Origin: an uncultured bacterium
GTDB taxonomy: Bacteria > Oederibacteriota > Oederibacteriia > Oederibacteriales > Oederibacteriaceae
Reading direction: 5' to 3'
Length of the DNA stretch: 64,000 bases
NCBI GenBank assembly: GCA_965112635.1
Contig: OZ218778.1
Span: 2,432,001 to 2,496,000, forward strand
Every line of letters begins with the position of its first letter. The first letter of the stretch is position 1. A program made the translations under genes and the position numbers. The notes under the pieces were generated by a model. The model was given only the letters and a program-made list of their open reading frames with translations. It made no database searches and was not told the DNA's origin. This document shows, piece by piece, positions 10,048 through 21,353 of this stretch.

Positions 10048-10266
10048 TTCTTAAAAAAATGCCGCGCACCACTATGCGCGCCCCTATCGTCCGGCTCGTT
10101 TTACTGACACCTGTATTTTAGCAGAAACCTAGCGGGATACCTTGGAGGGCTATTCTTTGACTATTTGCGGGTTTGCGCAAACCTGCAAGTGAGAGAACTA
10201 GATAATTATGGATTATAGGGACTGAAGTAATGGAGGATTTAAAGCAGACGGGTTTTGCTTAGAAGT

Positions 10267-10515
10267 TCACTTGGAGTAGAAATGGGGTGCCAGTTCCTGC
10301 TCTGGGATAAAGCGGGAAGACTGGCGCAGAATGGCCTTTAATGTGCCTGTATCTAATTCTGTATGGTTGGGAATCGTCAGGGTTTGTTTCTCCCCCAATG
10401 AACCTGTTCGCCTCAGTTTGACATGGCTGCCTTTTTGGGCATGGATGGAGAAACCAAATTGGGAAAATATCTGTATGAGTTCTTTTCCGGAAAGTCTTTT
10501 GAGTTTAGGCGACAC
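10267..10515 (-). CDS. hicA: HicA-family toxin (mRNA interferase)
   Basis: SGKELIQIFSQFGF..QKGSHVKL..TIPNHTELDTGTLKAIL; catalytic GSH motif present. Confidence 0.9.
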   Translation of the reverse strand: MSPKLKRLSGKELIQIFSQFGFSIHAQKGSHVKLRRTGSLGEKQTLTIPNHTELDTGTLKAILRQSSRFIPEQELAPHFYSK

Positions 10516-10735
10516 TAGCGGCAGGTTCCAATTCCATGGTAACTAGCAGATTGGGATTATTGACCAGCCCCATCTCCTGAAGGTTTTCGCCCTCCAGATG
10601 AAGTGCAACGGCCTCCTGAAGATTACGGACCGTTTCATCGATCGTTTTCCCCTGGGTGACTACCGGGATTTCAAGGCATTCCCCCACATAAAATTTCTCA
10701 CCTTTAAAAACATAGGCTTTAATAGTGTGCTGCAT
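10505..10735 (-). CDS. hicB: HicB-family antitoxin (short form, no C-terminal DNA-binding domain)
   Basis: YVGECLEIPVVTQGKTIDETVRNLQEAVALHLE; overlaps hicA by 11 bp. Confidence 0.88.
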   Translation of the reverse strand: MQHTIKAYVFKGEKFYVGECLEIPVVTQGKTIDETVRNLQEAVALHLEGENLQEMGLVNNPNLLVTMELEPAASVA

Positions 10736-10805
10736 GATTCCTCCTGTTCCTAATTATACACGGATGAGAATCAAAGTAATACCATTTCCTAACTAATGAA
10801 AAGGC

Positions 10806-13040
<2,235 letters not shown>

Positions 13041-13049
13041 AGAGAGAGG

Positions 13050-13778
13050 TTACCGGGGCGGGCGAGGCGGGGTCAGGACGCACTGGGTGCAGCCCAGCGA
13101 ATCAAATCCCAAAATAACGGCTTTTTTCTTATGGGCGCTGAATTCCACAATACTGCCGGCCTCCAGCTTCCAGTGGTCCGGGTCGTTGTCCGCCAAGCCC
13201 AGGGCCGGGCCGCGGTCTATCTCCATCCGGATGGTATCGGTCTCGCGCAGGACCGCCCAGTGGATGGGGTTGGTGGAATTGACGATGGCCAGGCCCAGGC
13301 CCTGCCGGAAACTGCCCTGGGTCAGGGACCTGAAATAAGCCGTGGACCCGAAGGCCGAAGCCACCACCATGCCGTCCCCGATGATCTCCTCGGCCACATA
13401 CGGCTGGCCGTTGACGTAAAGCCGGAACCGCACGGCCGAAGCCGGCTTGGTGATGTGCACGCCCACTTCGTTCAGGCCGACCTTGCGTTTGCCGTGCCAG
13501 CGCATCTCCACCTTGGGAAAAAGTTGGCGCGGCAGCTTGCCCCTGACCAGGCGGCCCAGGATACTCTCTATGGTGTGCTCCGGGCACGGCAGGCAGTGGT
13601 CCTTGGAGCGAATGGGCACTTTAGGGATGCCGGGATATTTGCATTCAGCGCCGACCAAAGTGCCGTCCCCGCCGTAAGTGATGATGACCTGGGGATTGCT
13701 TTTGACTTCTTTTATCTTAAATTGGGAAAAATAGGCCCTGACTTTCTCTGCCTTTTTGCCCAGTAAAAGCGCACGCAT
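13050..13778 (-). CDS. nadK: NAD(+) kinase
   Basis: GGDGT, LNE and GDG..ASAFGSTAY motifs. Confidence 0.85.
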   Translation of the reverse strand: MRALLLGKKAEKVRAYFSQFKIKEVKSNPQVIITYGGDGTLVGAECKYPGIPKVPIRSKDHCLPCPEHTIESILGRLVRGKLPRQLFPKVEMRWHGKRKVGLNEVGVHITKPASAVRFRLYVNGQPYVAEEIIGDGMVVASAFGSTAYFRSLTQGSFRQGLGLAIVNSTNPIHWAVLRETDTIRMEIDRGPALGLADNDPDHWKLEAGSIVEFSAHKKKAVILGFDSLGCTQCVLTPPRPPR

Positions 13779-13795
13779 GTTATGTCTCCCCTGTT

Positions 13796-14125
13796 TTAGT
13801 AGTTCCTTCTGGCGGCAAAATTAAAAGAGTAAAAATACTTTTTCCATGACTGTTCCGTGGAGAAAAACTGGTTGCTTCCCGCGAAAAAATCGCACCAGGC
13901 CTCACGGACACGGGCTAATTCTTTTAACCGGCTCTTATTTCTGACATCTCCCATGGTCATATCCATGAGGTCCAGAGAACGCTCAAAAGCCCTTTGCCCG
14001 TAATCTTTGTTCTTATTCCGCCAGCCCAGCGACCGCTCCACTTCACTTCCCACATTCGCCATCTGCTCAACAAAAGAAAGCTGCTGCCATCGGTCCAGAA
14101 CCGCCTGTTGATCCTGCGAGCTCAT
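13796..14125 (-). CDS. Conserved hypothetical helical protein, translationally coupled to the DUF5674-like gene
   Basis: RWQQLSFVEQMANVGSEVER..ERSLDL..KELARVRE; ATGA overlap with the upstream gene. Confidence 0.75.
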   Translation of the reverse strand: MSSQDQQAVLDRWQQLSFVEQMANVGSEVERSLGWRNKNKDYGQRAFERSLDLMDMTMGDVRNKSRLKELARVREAWCDFFAGSNQFFSTEQSWKKYFYSFNFAARRNY

Positions 14126-14463
14126 CTACTGATCCTCTTGTCCACGATCTTTCTTATTTTACCCTGGATATTTATATCATCCACACCCCTGCTGCGATTG
14201 CCCTGGGACGGCCTCAAATTTATCATGGAATCAAACTCAACGAACGCGTCGCCCGGTTGTTCCGGGTACAGATTGACGCCCCAGAGGTCTTGCTGTTGCG
14301 ATCCATCCTGCAAAAGCAAGGCTTCCAGGTCGCTATGCAGCTCACCGTCCAAGGCTACAATCTCCCTTTCCACGTCCACGACCACTTTGACCAGGTCGCC
14401 AAACTTGGCCGACGCCATCTTTTTCAATTCATCCAAAGCCATTGTTTTATCTAATATCTTCAT
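14122..14463 (-). CDS. DUF5674-like protein
   Basis: VKVVVDVE..GELHSDLEALLLQDGSQQQDLWGVNLYP..EFDSMINLRPSQGN. Confidence 0.75.
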   Translation of the reverse strand: MKILDKTMALDELKKMASAKFGDLVKVVVDVEREIVALDGELHSDLEALLLQDGSQQQDLWGVNLYPEQPGDAFVEFDSMINLRPSQGNRSRGVDDINIQGKIRKIVDKRISR

Positions 14464-14523
14464 AATAGCCGCGCTCTTTTCTCGCCATGTAATATCTGCG
14501 GAACCATCTTACCATATTACAAA

Positions 14524-15168
14524 TTACGCAAAGCTTTTCCAGTTCATAAAATCTTTATCCCGGTACAGCTTATCCACATCCAGGGCGACACGGACCTCGC
14601 GGCTGCGCAAAAAACCCGCAATGGGTTTCAGCTGCATACCGACGGCCGCCAAAAAATCTCCCTTGAGGCTGGCGATGAACGGCCTACCCTGGCCCTGCAA
14701 TGAATAGGCTCCGGCCTTATCCAAGGGTTCTCCGCTGGCCACATACTGCCTGATGTCCTGTTCGCTCATCTTTTTGAACTCCATTTCAATTTTCTCGGTG
14801 TCCATGGTCGCGGCGCCGCTAATACTGTCCACAACGAACACCGCTGTCCAGATAAGGTGTTTCCTACCCCGCAGCTTGCCCAAAATGGCTACGGCATCCT
14901 CTTTATCCTTGGGCTTGCCCACGGCCTCGCCGTCCAGCTCGATCAGGGTATCGCTGGCAATGATGATGGCTCCGGGAAAATCTTTTTCCACCGAGCCGGC
15001 TTTGGCCAGGGCATAGTCCGCCACCATCTTGCTCACCCGTTGGCTGCTTGTGGCCGGCTCCTCGAACTTCGGGGCTACGACCTCAAAGGGTACGCCCAGC
15101 AGGGACAGGATCTCCCTGCGCCGGGGCGAGGTAGAAGCCAGGATGATCTTCCGGTCAGTTCCGTTCAT
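14524..15168 (-). CDS. maf: Maf-family nucleoside triphosphate pyrophosphatase
   Basis: ILASTSPRRREIL, ASDT, GKP and DKAGAY motifs. Confidence 0.93.
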   Translation of the reverse strand: MNGTDRKIILASTSPRRREILSLLGVPFEVVAPKFEEPATSSQRVSKMVADYALAKAGSVEKDFPGAIIIASDTLIELDGEAVGKPKDKEDAVAILGKLRGRKHLIWTAVFVVDSISGAATMDTEKIEMEFKKMSEQDIRQYVASGEPLDKAGAYSLQGQGRPFIASLKGDFLAAVGMQLKPIAGFLRSREVRVALDVDKLYRDKDFMNWKSFA

Positions 15169-16282
15169 AGAGGGTTTTGTCCTTGAGATAAGGTTTTAAC
15201 AAACCAGCGACTTCGCTACTGCTGTTGGTATGGACCAGCTGAGCCCGCAACTGGCTGGCGCCCTCAAACCCGGAACAATACCAGGCCAGGTGCTTGCGGA
15301 TAGCCGCGAACCTTTGCCTGCCCCTGAATTTTTCAAAAAGTTTTGCCTGCTCCAGGGCTGTTGTCAGCCTCTCGGCCGGGCTCACCCTGGTTTCTTTTAA
15401 GGTGCTAGTCCCCTTTTTACGGAAAGTTTTGAGGCCGCTGAAAACCCAGGGATTGCCCAAAGCAGCCCGGCCTATCATCACCCCGTCCACTCCGGTTTCC
15501 CGCACCCTTTGCCGCGCCTGTCCCAGGGAGTCGATATCGCCGTTACCGAGGATGAGCGTCCCTGACCCCCTGGCCATCCGGACCGCGTCCCCAATGGCTT
15601 GCCAGTCAGCGTCGCCCTTGTAGGCTTGGGCCAAAGTCCTTCCATGGATGGTGATGGCCTGGGGCTTCATCTCCAAAAGGAAAGGAAGCCATTCTTTAAT
15701 GGTGTTCTTTTGGACGCCCAGCCGTGTCTTGACAGAGACAGGGATAAGCCCGGGCTTGGCTTTTTTACGGCGGCTGGCCAGCCACTTTTCCTCGAACCAG
15801 CGTTTTACTTTGGGCTTTTGGTTGAACAGGTTAACTTCGCCGCTGCCTGCCCACTGCTCCACGCCCCTCTTGGTCATTCTGATGATGGCCTGGGCTCTTT
15901 CCGGCTCTTTGATGAGACTGGCGCCGCTTCCTTTGGAAGCAATGCCCCGGGCCGGGCAGCCCATGTTGATGTCCACCCCGTCGAACCCCATGGCGCAGAC
16001 CAGCTGGCTGGCCAGGAAAAAATCCTCGGGTTCATACCCGAAAAGCTGGGCAATGACCGGCCGTTCGCTCTCGTGATAGACCAGGCTTAAGAGTTCGCTT
16101 TCCACGGCATAAAGGATCCCCTTGACGCTGACGAACTCGGTCACCATAAAATCAGGCTTGGCGACGAGGGCCACGATCCTGCGGAAACTGGTGTCCGTGA
16201 TGCCGTCCATGGGCGCCAGTCCCACGAAGGGTTTGGGAAGGGTCTTCCAGAGGTCGGTTGGATTTATGCGGGGAGCGGTCAC
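15155..16282 (-). CDS. dus: tRNA-dihydrouridine synthase (DusB-like)
   Basis: LAPMDGITD, DINMGCP, VSVKTRLG, IHGRT, GNGDI and MIGRAALGNPW motifs. Confidence 0.92.
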   Translation of the reverse strand: MTAPRINPTDLWKTLPKPFVGLAPMDGITDTSFRRIVALVAKPDFMVTEFVSVKGILYAVESELLSLVYHESERPVIAQLFGYEPEDFFLASQLVCAMGFDGVDINMGCPARGIASKGSGASLIKEPERAQAIIRMTKRGVEQWAGSGEVNLFNQKPKVKRWFEEKWLASRRKKAKPGLIPVSVKTRLGVQKNTIKEWLPFLLEMKPQAITIHGRTLAQAYKGDADWQAIGDAVRMARGSGTLILGNGDIDSLGQARQRVRETGVDGVMIGRAALGNPWVFSGLKTFRKKGTSTLKETRVSPAERLTTALEQAKLFEKFRGRQRFAAIRKHLAWYCSGFEGASQLRAQLVHTNSSSEVAGLLKPYLKDKTLYERN

Positions 16283-19200
16283 CAGAGCTGTTTGCCGATG
16301 AGGTTTTCCACGGTGCCTTCCAGGTTTTCGTTCTTGGCCTTTTCCTCGATCTGCGCGAACACCGGGGGCAGGAAACCGGCCCTGATCTCATCCAGGAAAG
16401 CCTGGGCCCTGACCTTGGTCTCCTTGTAACTCTCCGGCCGTTTGATGGCAAAGTTGAGCATGGTCACGGCCGCCGGCGTGCTCCTCTCCTGCTGGAGCAG
16501 TCTGGCCATACCCACGCACGCTTCCAGGGTGGCGGGCAAAGACCTGGTGGACCAGGCCATTTTCAAGGCTTCGGGGTAGAATTTTTTGTACTCCAGAAAA
16601 TCCTCTTTGGCGTAGGCGATATCTCCCAAGCCGCACAGGCAGAACGCCTGCCCGGAGCTGTAATTGATCTTCTTGAAGGCGTCCTCGGCCTCGAGGATGA
16701 ACTGTTTGGCGACCGGCAGTTCCCCTTTATCCAGAGTCACGGCCGCCAGGTGCAGGAGGCACCAACCCAAAGACACCTTGTCCTCGGTCCCTTTCAGGAT
16801 GTTGAGACTTTCTTCCAAAAGTTTCTGACCCTCGTCCTTTTTACCCTCCAAAAAAGAGGAATAGCCGATATTATCAAGCACCCACCCCTCTTCCCAGGAA
16901 TGGTCGATGGTCCTGAAAGTGTCCAGGCTGTTGAGGCTGAGCTGTTTGGCCACGCTGTACTCGCCCATAAACCGGGCCAGCTCGCCCAGGGCGTTGAGGC
17001 ACCAGCCCAGGGCCCACTTGGAATTGCGCTTCTTGGCCATCTCCAAACTTTCCAGTAGGCGTTCCTTGGCGGTCGGGAAATCCCCCTTTTCCATGGCCAC
17101 CCGGCTGAGGTGGTTCAGGGCCCACATGGTCCCGTGGGCGTCGTTAGTGTCCTTGAATATTTCCAGGCTGTCGGTATACAGGCGGCTGGCCCTGGCCAGG
17201 TCCTGGTGCAGGGTGATGCCTCCCAAATGGATCTGCGACCAGGCCACGCCCTCCCGGTCGCCCATTTTCTTGAACAGCTCCAGGGCCTCCTCCACCAGGT
17301 TCTGGGCGCCAAGGCTGTTGCCGGTCAGGGTCTCTATCTTGGCCAGCTTGACCAGGGTCTGGGCCAGGTCGCCGTAATTCTTTCCCCGCCGGAAGATGGA
17401 CAGGCCTTCGTTGAGCACGGCTCTGGCTTTTTCCAGCCGCCCCAGGCTGACCAGGAAATTGCCCCGGCCGAAAAGGAGCCTGCCCAGGAACATAGCCTGC
17501 TCCTGGGAAGAGACGCCGGAGGCCCTGGAATGTTTGCGGATGCTTTCCGCGGCCAGGGCCATGGCCTCTTCGCCTTCGGCTTTGAGCGCCCTGCTTTCAA
17601 AATACTTAAAAACCTGCTGGAACATCTTGGACAGTTCTTCGCTTTTGCCTTTCTGGGAAGCCCACTGCCAGGCCTGGACCACATTAGCGGTTTCCTCGGC
17701 CGTCTCCTGGAAAAACTTGTCCTGCTTGGGCCGTTCGGCGTCCGGGACCAAACGGGAGGAGAACATGGCGTAATAGGCACAATGCCGGTCAAAGATATCC
17801 TCGCGTTCTCCCGGGTTTTCTTGCAGGTTTTCCGCGGCAAATCGCCGCAGCAGCTCCGGCATCTCATAACGGCCGGAATCGTCCCGGTATAGCCAGGACT
17901 TTTGCACGAACTGGTTGAGCAGTGGCAGAGTCGTCTGGCAGACGGTCTCGGCGGCCTCCCGGGAAAAACCGTTGCGGAACACGGACAGACGGAGGATATG
18001 CCTTTGCTGTTCCCTGTCCAGACGGTCCCAGGACTCCTCAAAAACGCTCCGCAGGTCCCGGTGCTGGCCGGAGACCGGCTGGCCGCCATAGGACAGGAAA
18101 TCAAAATGGCTTTCCATCTCATGGGCGATCTCCGAGCAGGTCATGGAACGCACCATGGAGGCGGCCATTTCCACCGCCAGGGGCATCCCCTGCACCATCC
18201 GGCATATCTTGGCCACGGCGGCCTGTTCTTTGGCGTTGGGGCTGAAATTGGGCTGGACCCGGCGGGCACATTCTTTAAAAAGGTTGACCGACTCGAAGTT
18301 GACCAGCTCCTGGGTCGTGTTGGGCTGAGGAAAATTCAGGCCGGCAAGCGTGATGAGCCACTCGCCCTGGGTGTTGACCTGCTCGCGGGTCGTGATGACC
18401 ACCTTGAGCTTTTGGGCCATCGCCAGCATATCCAGAATGAGCTTGGATTCCCCCAGGAGACGGTCGAAATGGTCCAGGATCAGGATCATCTCCTTTTCCC
18501 TCAGGTAGGCCAACAGCTGGTCTCTCAGGTTTTCCCAGCTTCTGGGCGCCATCTTGAGGGTGGAAACAATGGACGAAACAAGCTGTTCCCCGTTGCTGAC
18601 AGAGTCCAAAAGCACGTAATAGACGCCGTGGCCGTAATTTTCGATGCGCTCAGCCGCGGCCTGCAAGGCCAGCCTGGTCTTGCCCATGCCCCCGCTGCCC
18701 ACGAGGACCATCAGCCTGCAGCTGGGGTTGTCCAGAAGCTTCAGGGCGTTTTTCATATCCTGGTCCCTGCCGATGAATGGAGTGGTCTGGTAAGGAAGGT
18801 TTTGAGACCGTCCCGACAAAGAGCGCAGGGGCGGAAACTCTTTGTTCTTGAGGTCTGGATGGATAAGGCCGTAAATCTTTTGCGGTTCGCCAAGATCTTT
18901 GAGGAGATGCACGCCCAGGTCCTCGAACACGGCATTGGCCGGAGGCTGGATCTCCTTGACGATAAGCGGACTGACCAGAATCTGGCCGCCCCAGCCCACG
19001 CTTAAAAGCCTGGCGGTGCGGTTGACATCAGGGCCGAAATAGTCCTCGTCCCTGACCTCGGCGATGCCGCCGTGTATGGCCATGCGGATGCGGATGTCGC
19101 CGATTGGTCCCCACGGCTCCTTTTGGAATAGCTTTTGCACCTCAATGGCGCACTGCAGAAGGTCGCCTTTTTCGAACACGGCGAACACCCCGTCTCCGGT

Positions 19201-19344
19201 GTGCTTGATGATACGGCCTTTGAACTTGGCGATCTGCTCCTTTAAAATGGCGTCGTGCCGGAGCAGCACCTTGCTCATCTCGGCATTATGTTTTTCCCAC
19301 TTTTCCGTGGAACCTTCGATATCGGTGAACAAGAAATAAAGCAC
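16279..19344 (-). CDS. Class III nucleotide cyclase fused to a STAND-type P-loop NTPase and TPR repeats
   Basis: FTDIEGST, KHTGDG and DYFGPDVNRTARL; Walker A GSGGMGKT; GMPLAVEMAA; C-terminal helical repeats. Confidence 0.9.
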   Translation of the reverse strand: MLYFLFTDIEGSTEKWEKHNAEMSKVLLRHDAILKEQIAKFKGRIIKHTGDGVFAVFEKGDLLQCAIEVQKLFQKEPWGPIGDIRIRMAIHGGIAEVRDEDYFGPDVNRTARLLSVGWGGQILVSPLIVKEIQPPANAVFEDLGVHLLKDLGEPQKIYGLIHPDLKNKEFPPLRSLSGRSQNLPYQTTPFIGRDQDMKNALKLLDNPSCRLMVLVGSGGMGKTRLALQAAAERIENYGHGVYYVLLDSVSNGEQLVSSIVSTLKMAPRSWENLRDQLLAYLREKEMILILDHFDRLLGESKLILDMLAMAQKLKVVITTREQVNTQGEWLITLAGLNFPQPNTTQELVNFESVNLFKECARRVQPNFSPNAKEQAAVAKICRMVQGMPLAVEMAASMVRSMTCSEIAHEMESHFDFLSYGGQPVSGQHRDLRSVFEESWDRLDREQQRHILRLSVFRNGFSREAAETVCQTTLPLLNQFVQKSWLYRDDSGRYEMPELLRRFAAENLQENPGEREDIFDRHCAYYAMFSSRLVPDAERPKQDKFFQETAEETANVVQAWQWASQKGKSEELSKMFQQVFKYFESRALKAEGEEAMALAAESIRKHSRASGVSSQEQAMFLGRLLFGRGNFLVSLGRLEKARAVLNEGLSIFRRGKNYGDLAQTLVKLAKIETLTGNSLGAQNLVEEALELFKKMGDREGVAWSQIHLGGITLHQDLARASRLYTDSLEIFKDTNDAHGTMWALNHLSRVAMEKGDFPTAKERLLESLEMAKKRNSKWALGWCLNALGELARFMGEYSVAKQLSLNSLDTFRTIDHSWEEGWVLDNIGYSSFLEGKKDEGQKLLEESLNILKGTEDKVSLGWCLLHLAAVTLDKGELPVAKQFILEAEDAFKKINYSSGQAFCLCGLGDIAYAKEDFLEYKKFYPEALKMAWSTRSLPATLEACVGMARLLQQERSTPAAVTMLNFAIKRPESYKETKVRAQAFLDEIRAGFLPPVFAQIEEKAKNENLEGTVENLIGKQLW

Positions 19345-19405
19345 CCGTACTCCTTTTTCCGGACCAAGACTATCTTGAACCTATTATACTTGAAAAAGCA
19401 TTACT

Positions 19406-20209
19406 TCAAAGACTGGCGGCCCCTACAATTTTCTTGTGCTTGAATAAAACATACTCCTTATAACCGGCTTGCCTGGCCAGGTCGGCTCCGGCCTCAAAAC
19501 CCGCGGCCACTTCCTGGGGGGCATGCGCGTCCGAACCAAAGGTAATGGGGACCCCGGCCTCCCCGTAGATCTTCAGAGCCTCCAAAGAGGGGTAGATCTC
19601 CTGGACAGGCTTGCGCAACCCAGCTGTGTTGATCTCCACGACCACCCCCGACTTTTGGAAAGCTTCTGCGGTCCGTCGTATCTCCATGGTCAGGTCGGTC
19701 TTGGGCCGGTGCCCGAATTTTTTGGGCAGGTCCACGTGCCCCATGATCTGGAACAGGCCGGATTCCGCGCTTTTTCTCAGCAAACTATAGTAATCACGGT
19801 AAGTCTTTTCCACATCCACGCCGTTCCATTTTTCTGTGGCGTTAGGGTCGTCAAAAGCCCAGTCCCCGATAAAGTGCACGGACCCGATGATATAATCATA
19901 GGGATAGGCTTCCACAACAGCCCTGGTCTGTTTTTCATATCCAGGCAAGTAATCCGCTTCCAGGGCTATCCTGACCCGGGTCTTACCGGTAAAGCGGGCT
20001 CGGACCTCCTCGATCATCCTGTGGTATTCGGGCACCTGGGCCCTGCTCATGGTGATCGAAGGGTCATCGTGGGATAAAAGCGGGGCGTGGTCGGAAAAAC
20101 CAATCTCCTCCAGGCCGAGGCTGATGGCCCTTTCCACGAATTCGCTGGGCGCCCCGCCCGCGTGCCCGCTCAAGGGAGTGTGCATATGATAATCGCATAG
20201 GGGGTTCAT
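19406..20209 (-). CDS. Histidinol-phosphatase, HisJ family (PHP)
   Basis: DYHMHT, GFSDH, IIGSVH, EINTAGLRKP and GSDAH motifs; start set at ATG 20209. Confidence 0.88.
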   Translation of the reverse strand: MNPLCDYHMHTPLSGHAGGAPSEFVERAISLGLEEIGFSDHAPLLSHDDPSITMSRAQVPEYHRMIEEVRARFTGKTRVRIALEADYLPGYEKQTRAVVEAYPYDYIIGSVHFIGDWAFDDPNATEKWNGVDVEKTYRDYYSLLRKSAESGLFQIMGHVDLPKKFGHRPKTDLTMEIRRTAEAFQKSGVVVEINTAGLRKPVQEIYPSLEALKIYGEAGVPITFGSDAHAPQEVAAGFEAGADLARQAGYKEYVLFKHKKIVGAASL

Positions 20210-20331
20210 GGTGGCATTATAACCGCAACAGGAGAAAATTGGCAGTCTGGTCATGACCCACAAATACCTCGTCTTGCCTTAGCTTCAGCCTGTGTAATAT
20301 AATCCGACCATCCTGTTTCACGGAGCTGAAT

Positions 20332-21324
20332 ATGCCCAAAGGCTTATACCTCATGGACGAATACTCCTATACCCACGCCTATGGCCCAGAAGTGCGGCAA
20401 CAGATCGCCGAGTTGGTGGATATTTACGCCCCTCACCAGACCAGGGACACGCTCAAAAACAACCCAGCAATTTTAGCTCAAGCTGACATTATCTTCTCCG
20501 GCTGGGGCATGCCCTTGTTGGACCAGGCCTTTTTGGACGCCGCCCCCCGGCTCAAAGCTGTTTTTTACGCTGCCGGGTCCATCCGCTCCTTTATTACGGA
20601 TGAATGCTGGAAACGGGGCATTGTCATCACCACGGCCGCCGAAGCCAACGCCGTCCCTGTGGCCGAATACACTTTGGCCTGCATTACCTTTGGGCTGAAA
20701 AAAGCGTTTGGTTATGCCAGGTCGGTCCGGGAGGCAAAGACGTTCCCCGAAAGCGTCAATGTCCCCGGCGCTTTTGACAGTAAGGTGGGACTCGTTTCCC
20801 TGGGATTGATCGGGCGTTTGGTCGCGCAAAAACTGCAACAAATGGATGTGACGGTTTTGGCCTATGACCCCTTTGTATCCGCTCCAGCGGCGTCGCAGCT
20901 CGGGGTAAAACTGGTTTCCCTTACGGAGATCTTTTCGCAGTGCGACGTGGTCTCTTTGCACACACCCTGGCTCAAGCAGACCGAGAATATGGTCGGCGCC
21001 AGCCTGCTCTCCTCCATGAAACCTGGCGCTGCCTTTATCAACACGGCCCGGGGAGCCGTGGTCAATGAAAAAGAAATGATCGCGGTGCTGGCCAAGAGGC
21101 CCGACCTGCAGGCAATTTTGGATGTCACCCACCCTGAACCGCCGGAGGCGGACTCCCCCCTTTACGCTCTGCCCAATGTGTTTTTGACCCCCCATCTGGC
21201 CGGGTCTATGGGGCCCGAGATCATGCGCATGGGCCGTTACATGGTGGAAGAGTTGCGGCGTTACCTCAAAAGCGAGCCCTTGCGCTGGCAAGTGACCAGG
21301 GAAAAAGCGGAAATAAGCGCGTAG
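20332..21324 (+). CDS. D-isomer-specific 2-hydroxyacid dehydrogenase
   Basis: NAVPVAEY, GLVSLGLIG, SLHTP, INTARG, LDV and TPHLAG motifs. Confidence 0.92.
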   Translation: MPKGLYLMDEYSYTHAYGPEVRQQIAELVDIYAPHQTRDTLKNNPAILAQADIIFSGWGMPLLDQAFLDAAPRLKAVFYAAGSIRSFITDECWKRGIVITTAAEANAVPVAEYTLACITFGLKKAFGYARSVREAKTFPESVNVPGAFDSKVGLVSLGLIGRLVAQKLQQMDVTVLAYDPFVSAPAASQLGVKLVSLTEIFSQCDVVSLHTPWLKQTENMVGASLLSSMKPGAAFINTARGAVVNEKEMIAVLAKRPDLQAILDVTHPEPPEADSPLYALPNVFLTPHLAGSMGPEIMRMGRYMVEELRRYLKSEPLRWQVTREKAEISA

Positions 21325-21353
21325 CAAAGAAAGACCTTCTTGCCGCTGCCCAT

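Noticed and set aside
16258-19005. Long plus-strand ORFs (266, 260 and 367 aa) opposite the cyclase-STAND gene
   Set aside because: These are antisense shadows caused by GC-rich codon bias and have no motifs. The same applies to 46094..47179, 42530..43504, 34202..35143 and similar ORFs.
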